Below, one piece after another: positions 41,688-52,129 of a stretch of DNA of 64,000 bases (positions are counted from its first letter, which is position 1; each line of letters starts with the position of its first letter). This stretch comes from an uncultured Phycisphaerales bacterium. Its GTDB lineage: Bacteria; Planctomycetota; Phycisphaerae; Tepidisphaerales; Tepidisphaeraceae. The stretch lies in NCBI GenBank assembly GCA_963758525.1, contig CAVWVQ010000005.1, positions 32,001 through 96,000 on the forward strand, in the 5' to 3' direction. Both the position numbers and the translations under genes were made by a program. The notes below the pieces were generated by a model that searched no databases, was not told where the DNA came from, and saw nothing but the letters and a program-made list of their open reading frames with translations.

Positions 41688-43406
41688 GTGGATTTATTGT
41701 TGGATCGCAACCGGATAAAAGTTCTCGTTCTTTCCGGCCAATCAAAGGGCAACGCGGAGGCTGTACGATGCCTTTGCGATGCGTGCGACGTTGTCCAGGC
41801 GTCCACCATGGACGAAGCGATTGAATTGCTTCGTCACGATCATTTCAGTGCCGTCTTCTCGGACTCCGACGATTTTCTTCCCCTCGAGCGCGCCCTGGTA
41901 TCCCAGCAGGCGAACCTCGTGCTGAACACCATCGGCGAAGGGGTCTGCATCGTTGACGGCGAGGGACGCTGCAACTGGATGAACAAGAAGATGGCGGCGT
42001 GGCCCGCGCGGGTCCACGAAAAAATCCGCCGCACGTGCCAGGAGGCATTTGAACTTTTCAGCAGACAGGTCTCCCCGCAAACCGCCGACACTCCCGCCGC
42101 CTTCAACCGCTCAAAACGTTACGCACTCAATATCGAAGATCAGCAGTTCATGGAGATGATCGCCTCGCCGGTAATCAACCCTGCTGGGCAGGTGGTGCAG
42201 GTGGTTTCAGTCGTCTGGGACGCCACGGGGACGCGCCGCCTGCAGCAGAAGATCGACGCGATCGACAAGGCCGGTCGCGAGCTCGTGAAGCTCGAAGGTG
42301 AAGCCCTGAGCAAGATGAGCGTCGGCGATCGTCTCAAACTGCTGGAAGACAAAATCATCAGTTACACCCGCGATCTGATGCACTTCGATCATTTCGTGAT
42401 CCGCCTTCTCGATCGGCGCAGCAAGAAACTGGAACTGGTCATCAGTGCCGGCCTGCCGAACGACGCGCTCAACATCGATCTTTTTGCCGAAGGCGAGGGG
42501 AATGGAATCAGCGGCTACGTCTCCGCGACCGGGCGAAGCTACATCTGCCCCGACGTGGAGCGCGACCCGCGTTACGTCACCGGGCTCGATCAGGCCAAGA
42601 GCAGCCTGACCGTTCCCCTGCACCTGCACGACCGCGTGATCGGGATATTCAATATCGAAAGCCGCCAGCGGGCCGCGTTCAACGAAGACGACCGGCAGTT
42701 TGCCGAAATCTTCGGCCGCTACGTCGCGATTGCGCTGAACATTCTCGACCTGATGATCGTCGAGCGCGTGCAGACGAGTCACAAGGTCGCCGACGACGTG
42801 TGCGCGGAAATCGCCGGTCCGTTGAACGACATCGGTTCCGACGCCAGCGCCCTGATGGGCGATTACATCGGGCAGGACGACCTGCGCGGCAAGCTTCAGC
42901 AGATCCTGGACAACGTCGGGACGATTCGCAACTTTCTCAAGCAGACCGCCGAGGGCCCCAACACCGCGGTGCTCGGCGCTTCCAACGTCAAGGACGAAGC
43001 CGATCCATTGCTGGCCGGCGCAAGCGTGCTGGTCGCCGACGACGAGCCGAACATCCGGCTGACCATCAGCGACGTGCTCCGCAAGTACCACGTCAATGTC
43101 ACGGTGGCGGCCAACGGCAGTGAGGCGATCGCGCTGCTGGAGAAAAACGAATACGAGCTGGTGCTCAGCGATATTAAAATGCCCGACAAGACCGGGTACG
43201 AAGTATTCGCAACCGTGCGGCGTCATCACCGGACCACGCCGGTCATTCTCATGACCGGGTTCGGCTATGATCCCAATCACTCCATCGTCCGCGCCAGCCA
43301 GGAAGGGTTGCAGGCGGTCCTGTTCAAGCCATTCAAAGTGAATCAGCTCATCGCGGAAGTCCGAAAAGCCCTGCAGTCGCGCCGGCAGCCCCAACCGGTT
43401 TCGTGA
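41688..43406 (+). CDS. Signalling protein: degenerate REC + PAS + GAF + C-terminal receiver
   Basis: NTIGEGVCIVD (PAS); GISGYVSATG...DPRY...FNEDD (GAF); VLVADDEPNI...SDIKMP...MTG...KPF (REC). Start uncertain. Confidence 0.85.
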   Translation: MDLLLDRNRIKVLVLSGQSKGNAEAVRCLCDACDVVQASTMDEAIELLRHDHFSAVFSDSDDFLPLERALVSQQANLVLNTIGEGVCIVDGEGRCNWMNKKMAAWPARVHEKIRRTCQEAFELFSRQVSPQTADTPAAFNRSKRYALNIEDQQFMEMIASPVINPAGQVVQVVSVVWDATGTRRLQQKIDAIDKAGRELVKLEGEALSKMSVGDRLKLLEDKIISYTRDLMHFDHFVIRLLDRRSKKLELVISAGLPNDALNIDLFAEGEGNGISGYVSATGRSYICPDVERDPRYVTGLDQAKSSLTVPLHLHDRVIGIFNIESRQRAAFNEDDRQFAEIFGRYVAIALNILDLMIVERVQTSHKVADDVCAEIAGPLNDIGSDASALMGDYIGQDDLRGKLQQILDNVGTIRNFLKQTAEGPNTAVLGASNVKDEADPLLAGASVLVADDEPNIRLTISDVLRKYHVNVTVAANGSEAIALLEKNEYELVLSDIKMPDKTGYEVFATVRRHHRTTPVILMTGFGYDPNHSIVRASQEGLQAVLFKPFKVNQLIAEVRKALQSRRQPQPVS

Positions 43407-43424
43407 ACTCCGACCGCCGAGGCC

Positions 43425-43520
43425 CCAAAGCCGCCGGCTCTGCCGGCGGGATTGACTCCGCTTTCCGCGCGTTGCCGGGCGAAACAGCAAAATTCCCGCC
43501 GGCGGAGCCGGCGGCTTTGG
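43425..43520. repeat. 27-bp inverted repeat, each arm internally palindromic (REP-like doublet)
   Basis: CCAAAGCCGCCGGCTCTGCCGGCGGGA / TCCCGCCGGCGGAGCCGGCGGCTTTGG, 1 mismatch. Confidence 0.8.
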
Positions 43521-43582
43521 AGCGGCGCGAATCTGCAACACGGGGCGCCTCCGGGATCTGTCAACGAAGCGATCAATTGAAC

Positions 43583-45891
43583 ATGAGCGACGCAAATCAG
43601 CGGGCCAATCGTCTTTCAGCCGAGTCCTCTCCGTACCTGCGCCAGCACCAGTACAATCCGGTGGACTGGTACGCGTGGGGCTCCGAAGCCTTCGAGGCGG
43701 CGCAACGACTTCGCCGGCCCATCTTTCTCTCCGTCGGCTACAGCACGTGCTACTGGTGCCACGTCATGGAGCGGCAGTGCTTCGAGAGCCCGCAAATCGC
43801 CGCCGAGATGAATCAGCGGTTCATCAGCATCAAGGTCGATCGTGAGGAACGCCCCGACGTCGATCAGCTCTACATGACCGCGGTGCAGCTTCTGACGCGT
43901 CAGGGCGGCTGGCCGATGAGCGTCTTTCTGACGCCCGATCTGCGTCCGTTTTATGGCGGCACGTATTTCCCTCCGACCGATCAATACGGTCGGCCCGGAT
44001 TTCCCACGCTGCTGGCGGCGCTCGATAACGCCTGGCAGACGCGCCCGGCGGACATCAATGCCACCGGCGACCAGCTCGTCGGCACGCTGCGCCGGCTTGC
44101 GGCGCCGATGCTCCCCGATCGGGCAATGTCGATCGATGACAACTTCATCGGCGCTTTGATTGACCGTTCCATCTCCGATTACGACCCGAAACATGGCGGC
44201 TTCGGAGGCGCTCCGAAATTTCCCAGGCAGACACTCCTCGAATTGCTGCTCGCATATAGCGCGCCGGAACGAAAATCGTCGCCGCGCGCGACAAAGTGCG
44301 GGCAATGGTTCTCCGCACGCTGGACGCCCTCGACCGCGGCGGCATTCACGATCATCTCGGCGGCGGATTCCACCGCTATTCGACCGACGCCCAATGGCTC
44401 GTGCCGCATTTTGAGATCATGCTGTACGACAACGCCATGCTCGCATGGTGTTATGTCGAAGCCTTCCGGCAGACGCGCGATGTTCGATGGGCCAGCGTGG
44501 CGCGGGGAATTTTCGATTTTGTGTTGCGTGAGATGACCTCGCCCGACGGCGCGTTTTACACCGCGTTCGACGCGGAAGTCGATGCGATGGAAGGAGCATC
44601 GTATCTCTGGACGCGCGATGAAGTGCTCGAGGTTCTTCGAGAAGCGCCGGGTACCAGTGGCGGGGGGATTCAACGAAATCTCTTCTGCAAAGTCTACGGG
44701 CTGGACGACGGTCCGAATTTCGCCGATCCGCATCACGGCAACGGCACACCGGACAAAAATATCCTCTTTCTGCCGCGGCCGCCGGAAGCAGTCGCGTCCG
44801 AGCTGAAGCTGGACGCCGAAGCGCTTTCCGCGCAGTTGGCGCAGTGCGCAGCGCGTTGCTGGGCGCTCGCGCCTCTCGCAAGCAACCGCTCCTCGACACC
44901 AAGATTCTCACCAGTTGGAACGCCTTGATGATCAGGGCTCTGGCGCACGGCGGCCAGGTTCTCGGGCAACCGGAATACACTGCTGCCGCGGAGCGCGCCG
45001 CGACCTTTCTGCTGCATCGGCACGCCAGCGCCGATGGCGGCCTTGCCCGAACCAGCGGCGGTGTTGCGACCGCGTCCCCGGCGACTTGTCCGCCGATCGC
45101 AGGCTTTCTCGACGACTATGCCTTCCTCGCCCAGGCACTGCTCGCCCTTGGAGGAACCGACTGGCGCATCGCCGCCAATCGCATCATTGGCCAAATGATT
45201 GATCGCTTTGGCGATCCGGATTCGGTTGGTGGTTTCTTTTTCACCGACGCTTCGGCCACAGAATTGCTCGTCCGCCAGAAAACCGGTGCAGACAGCCCGA
45301 TTTCCAGCGGCAACAGCGTCGCCGCGCTGGTTCTTCTCGCCACCGGTCGAAGTGATTCCGCGCGGCAGACGCTTATCGCTTTTGCCGAGGCGATGAACGC
45401 GCAGGGCGAGGGCATGAGCACGATGATCAACGCCGCGATGAGATTCGTCGACGAGTTCGGGCCCATCGCCGTGGCAGCGTCCGCGGATACTGATCCGGCA
45501 AACCGTCCTGCTTCGCCGCAGGCCGTCGCGGAGGATGTCGTTCACATCGGCGTAACGCAGACCAGCGGATTCGGACTGGACGTGGAACTGATGATCCGGC
45601 CCGGCTGGCATCTCAATGCTCACGACGTCTCGGGCCCGGTGCCGCTGGTGGCCACGACCGTCACTGTCGAGGGAGGCGCAAGCATCGATCAAATATCCGC
45701 CGGGGGAGGAACGTACCTTCGAGTTCACGGACAAGCCCCTGTTGGTATACAGCGGGCGGCTCGTGATCGGCGTGCAATTCGCGGGCGAGCTTCGATCGGG
45801 CGCGCTCCCGAATTTGACGGTTTCCTACCAGGCATGCGACGACTCCACGTGCCTGCCGCCGGTAAAGAAGCGGATCGTGCTCAATGGCTGA
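43583..45891 (+). CDS. YyaL/DUF255 thioredoxin-domain protein with C-terminal DsbD-N-like domain; frameshifts at ~44290, ~44845, ~45695
   Basis: NRLSAESSPYLRQH, CYWCHVME, KVDREERPDVD, APKFP, GGFHRYS, PHFEIMLYDNA, LDDYA, YQACDDSTCLPP. Confidence 0.85.
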
Positions 45892-46855
45892 GGCAGACCC
45901 ACAGTTGATGCAATGCATGGAAGTCTGGGGCGGCAACCAGCCCGTCGACAGCGCTGTCACCATGGCGGGGCTGGACGCGTGGGTCTTCTCCAAGCCTTAT
46001 GGAGACGCGGCGGGCGGCGGGGATGTCTACTACGTTTCTTCCTGTGCCACGGGCCGCATCACGCGACTTCTGGTTGCCGATGTCGCGGGACACGGGACCA
46101 CCGTCGGCGAGCTTGCGGTGGTGTTGCGCGGACTGATGCGACGCTATGTCAATCAACTCGACCAGACTCGCTTCGTTCGCCTGATGAACAACCAATTCAC
46201 CATGCTCTCCAAGAGCGGCGTCTTCGCCACCGCGGTGGTGACGACTTTCTTCGCCAGCAACAACCATCTGTCGCTCTGCAATGCCGGGCATCCGCCGCCG
46301 ATGATGTACATCGCCGCGACCCGGCGATGGGATTTTCTGCAGCGCGCCCGCACCGACGGCTCCGTGCCAAGCGATCTGCCGCTGGGCATTGAGGACATCT
46401 TCGATTACACCGAGTTTGAAGTGGGACTTCGCAAAGGGGACATGGTGCTCTGCTATACCGATTCGCTGATCGAAGCCCGCTTCCCCACCGGCGAATTGCT
46501 TGGAACGGCCGGATTGCTGGAGATCGTTCAGTCACTCAATGTCTCTCACCCGCAAACGTTCATCGCGTCGCTGCTTGCCGCAATCATCGCCCGAACAGGC
46601 GATCTCGGGCTGGCTGCCGACGACATCACCGCGCTGCTCTTCCGAGCCAAGGCGGACCATGCGCGGACCAGCTTCCTCATGCGGCTGGGCGCCCCATTCC
46701 GGCTTCTCGGCGCGATCGTCCGCCGGCCCTTCCCCGGCAGCGAGCCAATTCCCTGGCCGGAGCTGAGCCTCCCTAACATGGGCGGCGCGATTTTCCATCC
46801 ACTGGGAAATCTCTGGGGCAAACGCGTCGCCAGGCGTTCAGCCAAAGCCAGCTGA
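45884..46855 (+). CDS. SpoIIE/PP2C-family phosphatase (RsbU-like)
   Basis: MQCMEVWGGN, GGDVY, ADVAGHG, NAGHPPP, YTDSL, DDIT. Confidence 0.88.
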   Translation: MAEADPQLMQCMEVWGGNQPVDSAVTMAGLDAWVFSKPYGDAAGGGDVYYVSSCATGRITRLLVADVAGHGTTVGELAVVLRGLMRRYVNQLDQTRFVRLMNNQFTMLSKSGVFATAVVTTFFASNNHLSLCNAGHPPPMMYIAATRRWDFLQRARTDGSVPSDLPLGIEDIFDYTEFEVGLRKGDMVLCYTDSLIEARFPTGELLGTAGLLEIVQSLNVSHPQTFIASLLAAIIARTGDLGLAADDITALLFRAKADHARTSFLMRLGAPFRLLGAIVRRPFPGSEPIPWPELSLPNMGGAIFHPLGNLWGKRVARRSAKAS

Positions 46856-47067
46856 CGGCGCGACGGAATCTGTTTCCCCAGATTCACAAACACCGCCCGA
46901 CCGCCATCCCGCACGCAGCGCATCATCGGCACAGATACTCCACTCTCGCACAGCCATTCGGTTGCGACGGCAACGATCTATGCTGAGCGGGACGCTCGCA
47001 ACGAAAGTAATGGTAGAGTTGGCGGTACATGGACGGACGCAAACGTCGTAAGCGCCAGGAGGCGCCA

Positions 47068-47367
47068 ATGATCGAAACTCAGAGAAAATTCATTTTCCAG
47101 GCCGAACGTTTTTCCCACCAGGACGCCGAGCGAATCTACCGTGAGGCTCTGAAAAAGCTGCGCGCACGGCTGATCGTCATCGATCTCGGAAAGGCCAAGG
47201 AAGCGACCACCAGCGCCTTCGCGCGGCTCGTGCTGCTCCGCAAAGCGCTCATCAAGGTCGGCAGCGACTTGCAGCTCATCGGACTTCGTGGAAAAGCAGC
47301 GCTCCTCTATGAGGTGAACCGGCTCGCAGCGGTGCTGCCGAGCGGGCCATCGGTGACCCGGGAATGA
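47068..47367 (+). CDS. STAS-domain (anti-sigma antagonist-like) protein
   Basis: AGGAGG RBS; IVIDLG...TTSAFARLVLLRK...LYEVNRL; follows the PP2C gene. Confidence 0.7.
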   Translation: MIETQRKFIFQAERFSHQDAERIYREALKKLRARLIVIDLGKAKEATTSAFARLVLLRKALIKVGSDLQLIGLRGKAALLYEVNRLAAVLPSGPSVTRE

Positions 47368-47462
47368 CGAACGCGAAAGCAGAATCAGCTTAAAGATGCG
47401 CCATGCCGGGCAGCACCTTCGGCTCCCCGACGCTCGCAGCCGCCACCGCAGGGGCGCTCGAC

Positions 47463-48968
47463 CTAGAACTTTCGATCCAGCAGCCGATATTGCACCGCCT
47501 CGGCAAGATGCGTTTCCCCGATCGGGTCGCTCCCGTCCATGTCCGCGATCGTCCGCGCCACGCGCCGAACTTTGTCGTAGGCACGGGCGCTCAGCCCCAT
47601 TTCATCCATCGCCTGCTTCATGAGGAGCAGGCAAGAATCCGTTAAATCGCAATACGTTCGAAGCTGTTTGCTGTCCATCCTGGCGTTCGATGACTGGCCC
47701 TTGAACCGCTCGTTCTGCGCCGCCCGCGCCCGCAGCACCTGCTCCCGCATCGCTCCGCTGGTCGTCCCTGCATGACGCCCGGTCAGCTCGCGGTACGGAA
47801 CCGCCGGCACCTCCACGTGAATGTCGATGCGGTCCAGCAACGGCCCGCTGAGCTTCGCCAGATATTTGTCCCGCCCGCGCGTGGTTCCCTCGGCCGCATA
47901 CCCGCTGTGCGTCGGGTTCATCGCCGCAACCAGCATGAACTTGGCGGGAAACTTCACCGACCCATGCACCCGCGCCACGGTCACTTCGCCTCCCTCGAGC
48001 GGCTGGCGCAGCGTCTCCAGCACATGCCGGCTGAATTCGGGAAGCTCATCGAGAAACAAGATGCCATGATGCGCCAGCGACACCTCGCCCGGCCGGGGGA
48101 TCGTGCCGCCGCCGACAAGTGCTTGCGCGGTCGCGGAATGGTGGGGCGTCCGAACCGGCCTTTCGTCCATCAATGCGATCCCGTCGGGCAGCAGTCCCAT
48201 TGCGGAATAAATGCGCGTCGTCTCCAGCGATTCGGTCCGCGACAACGGCGGAAGAATGCCGGGAATCCTTGCCGCAAGCATCGTCTTTCCGGTGCCCGGC
48301 GGCCCGACCATCAAAATGTTGTGTGATCCCGCGCACGCGATGGTAATCGCGCGTTTCACCGCTTCCTGCCCGCGCACTTCGCCAAAATCGAGCGACGGGG
48401 CGACGGCCAACGCGCGATACACTTCCCCGTCCAGTTCAAACGGTTCCAACTGCAGTTGCTCGTTCAGAAACGCCACTGCCTGCGCGAGGGTGCTGACGGG
48501 ATACACTTCGATTCCCTCGACGACCGCCGCTTCACGGCCGTTGTCTTCCGGCAGAATTACGCCCCGAAACTTCTTCTCCTTGGCGAGCAGCGCCAGCGAC
48601 AGCGCCCCTTTGATCTTCCGCACCCGGCCATCCAGCGCCAGTTCGCCGGCAATGAGAAACTCCCGATGCCGATCGCCCACAATCGAATTGCTCGCCCGCA
48701 GCACGCCGATCGCGATCGGCAGATCGAGCGCCGGCGCCTCTTTCTTCACATCCGCCGGCGCCAGGTTGACGAGCAGGGCGTGCTGAGGGAACGGATAGCC
48801 GCCATTGATGATCGCGCGCCGAACGCGTTCGATGCTTTCCTTCACCGCCGTCTGGGCCAGGCCGACAATCGTCGTTTTCTCAAGTCCCCTCTGGCTGACG
48901 TCCACCTCGACTTCGCAGAGCAACGCGTCGATGCCGTTGAGAATGAAGGAGTGGATGCGCGAGAGCAC
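47463..48968 (-). CDS. comM: YifB/ComM Mg-chelatase-like AAA+ ATPase
   Basis: VKESIERV, NLAPAD, GELALDG, GPPGTGKT, PGEVSLAHHGILFLDELPEF, LSGPLLDRID, LSARAY. Confidence 0.9.
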   Translation of the reverse strand: MLSRIHSFILNGIDALLCEVEVDVSQRGLEKTTIVGLAQTAVKESIERVRRAIINGGYPFPQHALLVNLAPADVKKEAPALDLPIAIGVLRASNSIVGDRHREFLIAGELALDGRVRKIKGALSLALLAKEKKFRGVILPEDNGREAAVVEGIEVYPVSTLAQAVAFLNEQLQLEPFELDGEVYRALAVAPSLDFGEVRGQEAVKRAITIACAGSHNILMVGPPGTGKTMLAARIPGILPPLSRTESLETTRIYSAMGLLPDGIALMDERPVRTPHHSATAQALVGGGTIPRPGEVSLAHHGILFLDELPEFSRHVLETLRQPLEGGEVTVARVHGSVKFPAKFMLVAAMNPTHSGYAAEGTTRGRDKYLAKLSGPLLDRIDIHVEVPAVPYRELTGRHAGTTSGAMREQVLRARAAQNERFKGQSSNARMDSKQLRTYCDLTDSCLLLMKQAMDEMGLSARAYDKVRRVARTIADMDGSDPIGETHLAEAVQYRLLDRKF

Positions 48969-49060
48969 GGGGAGAGTGTAACGTGCGGTGATCGGCGTGA
49001 CGACACATTTGGAGGGTCCGCGCTTTCGAAGGGCGTGGCCGAATTTCCCGGGCAACACAA

Positions 49061-50369
49061 TGTGGTGCGGGCTTCCAGCCTGCAATTCAGCCGTGCAAAC
49101 GCAGATCGCTTCTTCCCCCCGGGAAATGCGCCCACGCTGCCGTCTAGATAACGGATCGATCTAGCTCGGTCCTCATTGAGACGGAGAACGGCACGGACCT
49201 GAATTTATGGAGGCACGTGGAAGGGCGCGATGGGCTTCCATCGAGTTGGAATACCGCCGCGCCGAGTGGTCCGCACGGCGGCGAGGCGAGCCATTCGCAA
49301 AAGAAGCATCATTCGCGCCGCCGAGCGGACCCTACGCAATCCGAAACTGCGCGAGGGAGCGCGGTAGGGTCCGCTGAAGAGCCGCGGGAAAACGTTTTCG
49401 ACGCGCGTGGGCGTCAAAGGCTCTTCTGCGGACCTTTCCCTGATTTGAGTTAGCCGATTGGTCCGCACGGCGGCGAGGCGAGCCATTCGCAAAAGAAGCA
49501 TCGTTCGCGCCGCCGAGCGGACCCTACGCGATCCGAAACTGCGCGAGGGAGCGCGGTAGGGTCCGCTGAAGAGCCGCGGGGGACGTCTGTCGACGCGAGT
49601 GGGCATGGTTGGCTCTTCTGCGGACCTTTCCCCGGTGCGCGCACTGGATATGATGCGCAGATGCCGGAATATCGTCGGGCATACGTTCCCGGGGGAACAT
49701 TTTTCTTTACGCTCGTTACTTACCAACGCGCGCCGTTTCTTTGTGATTCGGGTGCGCGGGAATTGTTGCGGGAATGCATCACCGCGTGCCGTCGGAAGCA
49801 CCCATTTGTGATCGAGGCGATGGTGTTGTTGCCGGATCATCTTCACGCAATCTGGACGTTGCCGGAGGGAGATGCCGATTTCTCAACGCGATTCGCGGTG
49901 CTGAAGAAAAGCTTCACGGAGCGGTGGCTGCGGGTGGGAGGGCGGGAGGGAGCCGTCTCAAATTCACGGCGGAAGAATCGCCGTCGTGGCGTCTGGCAAC
50001 GCCGGTTTTGGGAACATGCGATCCGCGACCAGGAGGATTTCAATAATCATCTCGACTACGTGCATTACAATCCGGTGAAGCATGATGTGGCGAGTTGTCC
50101 GCACGCCTGGCCGTATTCCACATTTCGGCGATTGATGAAGAGGGGGATGTACGAGCGAGACTGGTGCTGCGGTTGCGACGGTCGTGTAGTGAAGCCGCCC
50201 GAGTTCGAATGGATCGGCGCGACGGCGATAGAGTGAAGTTTGCGAGTGCTCGCGCCGATGGTCCGCACGGCGGCGAGGCAAGCCGATTGCAAAGATGCGT
50301 CATCCGCGCCGCCGAGCGGACCCTACGATACTGCTCCGTAAAGAGTGCAGGCTGGAAGCCCGCACCACA
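49061..50369. mobile_element. REPtron-like locus: RAYT gene with flanking REP hairpins and an outer 24-bp inverted repeat
   Basis: Outer perfect IR 49061-84 / 50346-69; 192-bp-period tandem units 49267-49440 and 49459-49632; half unit at 50259-50326. Confidence 0.8.
49661..50236 (+). CDS. REP-associated tyrosine transposase (RAYT, Y1 HUH)
   Basis: YRRAYVPGGTFFFTLVT, LPDHLH (HUH), WQRRFWEH, YVHYNPVKH, WPYST. Confidence 0.92.
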   Translation: MPEYRRAYVPGGTFFFTLVTYQRAPFLCDSGARELLRECITACRRKHPFVIEAMVLLPDHLHAIWTLPEGDADFSTRFAVLKKSFTERWLRVGGREGAVSNSRRKNRRRGVWQRRFWEHAIRDQEDFNNHLDYVHYNPVKHDVASCPHAWPYSTFRRLMKRGMYERDWCCGCDGRVVKPPEFEWIGATAIE

Positions 50370-50406
50370 ATCAGATAACAATGCGCCCGCAGATTGTGCA
50401 CACCCG

Positions 50407-51183
50407 ATGCAACTGACGACAACGCAAATTGACTATCTGTTCAAACAAGGCTTCCTGCATCTGAAAGGAGTCATTCCGCCGGAGCTTCTGTCAGCAGCCC
50501 TTCGAGCGATCAACAGCGATCTTGGCAGGGGCCTCGCTCCGGATGACATACCGACATTCGCGGCCACGTCGTACTGCCCGGCGCTGCGAGGCTCGCCATG
50601 CATTACCGATCTGTTCAATAGCTCGGCTGTCTTTTCCCTTGCAGAGTCTCTTCTTGGGGTCGGAAATGTCCCTCCCGCAACCTGGGCGCAGATCGCGTTG
50701 CGCTTCCCCGAGGCGTCGCCATACGATGTGCCGCCGGCGCCGCATCTCGACGGCATGCCCACGAGCCACAACGGCGTTCCCAGCGGCACGCTGGCGACAT
50801 TCACCTGTCTCGTCGGCGTCTTTCTGAACGACTGCGAGACGCAAACCGCCGGCAACTTAATCGTTTGGCCCGGTACCCATCGCCTCTATCAGAAACACTT
50901 CCAGGAGCATGGGCCGCAATCGCTGTTCAATGGAATGCCGCCGGTCGAGTTGCCCTCGCCGGTGACGCTGGTCCCACGCGCGGGAGACGTTGTTTTTGTA
51001 CATCACTTGGTCGGTCATTCCGTTGCCGCGAATCTATCTCCGCACATTCGGTACGCCTGCTACTTTCGATTGTCACATGTGAACCACGAAGCGGAGAAAT
51101 GGCTGGCGATGACAGATATCTGGCGCCATTGGCCGGGAGTTCGCGACCGCCTCCCGTCGGAGGCACGCGCGGCGCAAGGCTGA
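50407..51183 (+). CDS. Phytanoyl-CoA dioxygenase (PhyH) family 2OG-Fe(II) oxygenase
   Basis: QGFLHL, PHLDG (HxD), GNLIVWPGTH, GDVVFVH...GHS, R. Confidence 0.8.
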   Translation: MQLTTTQIDYLFKQGFLHLKGVIPPELLSAALRAINSDLGRGLAPDDIPTFAATSYCPALRGSPCITDLFNSSAVFSLAESLLGVGNVPPATWAQIALRFPEASPYDVPPAPHLDGMPTSHNGVPSGTLATFTCLVGVFLNDCETQTAGNLIVWPGTHRLYQKHFQEHGPQSLFNGMPPVELPSPVTLVPRAGDVVFVHHLVGHSVAANLSPHIRYACYFRLSHVNHEAEKWLAMTDIWRHWPGVRDRLPSEARAAQG

Positions 51184-51546
51184 TTTCCCCGCGACCCGGT
51201 AGCGTTGCCGGTCATCGAAAACTCCCTGTCGTCGATCATCCAAATGCGTGCGCAGCACTCCGAATTCTTTAGTTAGCCCTCTCGCTCGCAAGGCTTGTCG
51301 AGCAGCACAATTGCTCCGAGTGTCGTCGCCCGTACACATGGCTCACTACCAGCGGGCAAGTCCTCGCGAGCGAGGCATCGAAAGCCGAAGCGCGGACTGA
51401 ATTTGATCGCATACGCCGCCGACCGCCTGCCGGCCGAGCTATAATCAGGCAGCGTCTTTGGCCAGACATTGGCATTGCGCGGAGACGGTCTCCAGTACAA
51501 TATCTTTCGCCAGTGCGTGCCAAGGGCGTGGCGAAAGGAGTTTGTC

Positions 51547-51756
51547 ATGGCAGACGAGAGAAACAAGGCGGATCGCCTGGGCGGCGAGTACATGATTCAG
51601 GATCGAGACCACATGAGCGGGGTCGCTCAAATGGGAGGCGAAGCCAGGCATGGCGGAGGCCGGCAACCCGAACAGTCGCAGAGCGACAGCCGTCAGCCGC
51701 AGGGCGGCGGGCAGCAAGGGGGTGAGCGAAGTCACAAGCGAGGCAAGCTCCTCTGA
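51547..51756 (+). CDS. Small hydrophilic KGG/general-stress-like protein
   Basis: AAGGAG RBS; QDRDHMSGVAQMGGEARH and GQQGGERSH resemble degenerate KGG repeats. Confidence 0.5.
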   Translation: MADERNKADRLGGEYMIQDRDHMSGVAQMGGEARHGGGRQPEQSQSDSRQPQGGGQQGGERSHKRGKLL

Positions 51757-51963
51757 ATTAGTGATCGCAACCGGCAGCGGATGGGCCACGGCGGCGAGGG
51801 TTGCCGTGGCCGTTTTTCTTGAGCAGTCAGACCTGCAACACTGGCCCAAGTGAAGAAGTGCGAGGGCACGCGATAGGCGAGCGATTTGTTTAATTGACCG
51901 GCGCGGAGGGAAGGGATAACTCATCTCTGGGTATCGAAAGTTCTCGTGCTTCGACGTCGCTGA

Positions 51964-51993
51964 CATGGGCGGCGCGCGGGACGCCCATGCCAC
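51964..51993 (-). repeat. Single GTGG-type REP
   Basis: Minus strand reads GTGGCATGGGCGTCCCGCGCGCCGCCCATG. Confidence 0.55.
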
Positions 51994-52129
51994 GGGGATC
52001 GTTCTGACGTTATCACGTGCATCCCTCGTCATTCTTGAAACTATTGTGTTGCAGCAGCATGGTTTTATTCAGGGGCGGTTGCGCGGGACGTGATTCCAGT
52101 TCGAGGCATTTCGCAGGAGAGGAACAGCC

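Noticed and set aside
49267..49632. Direct repeats resembling a CRISPR array
   Set aside because: Only 2.5 units of 192 bp with GTAG-footed hairpins beside a RAYT; no unique spacers of constant length and no cas genes.
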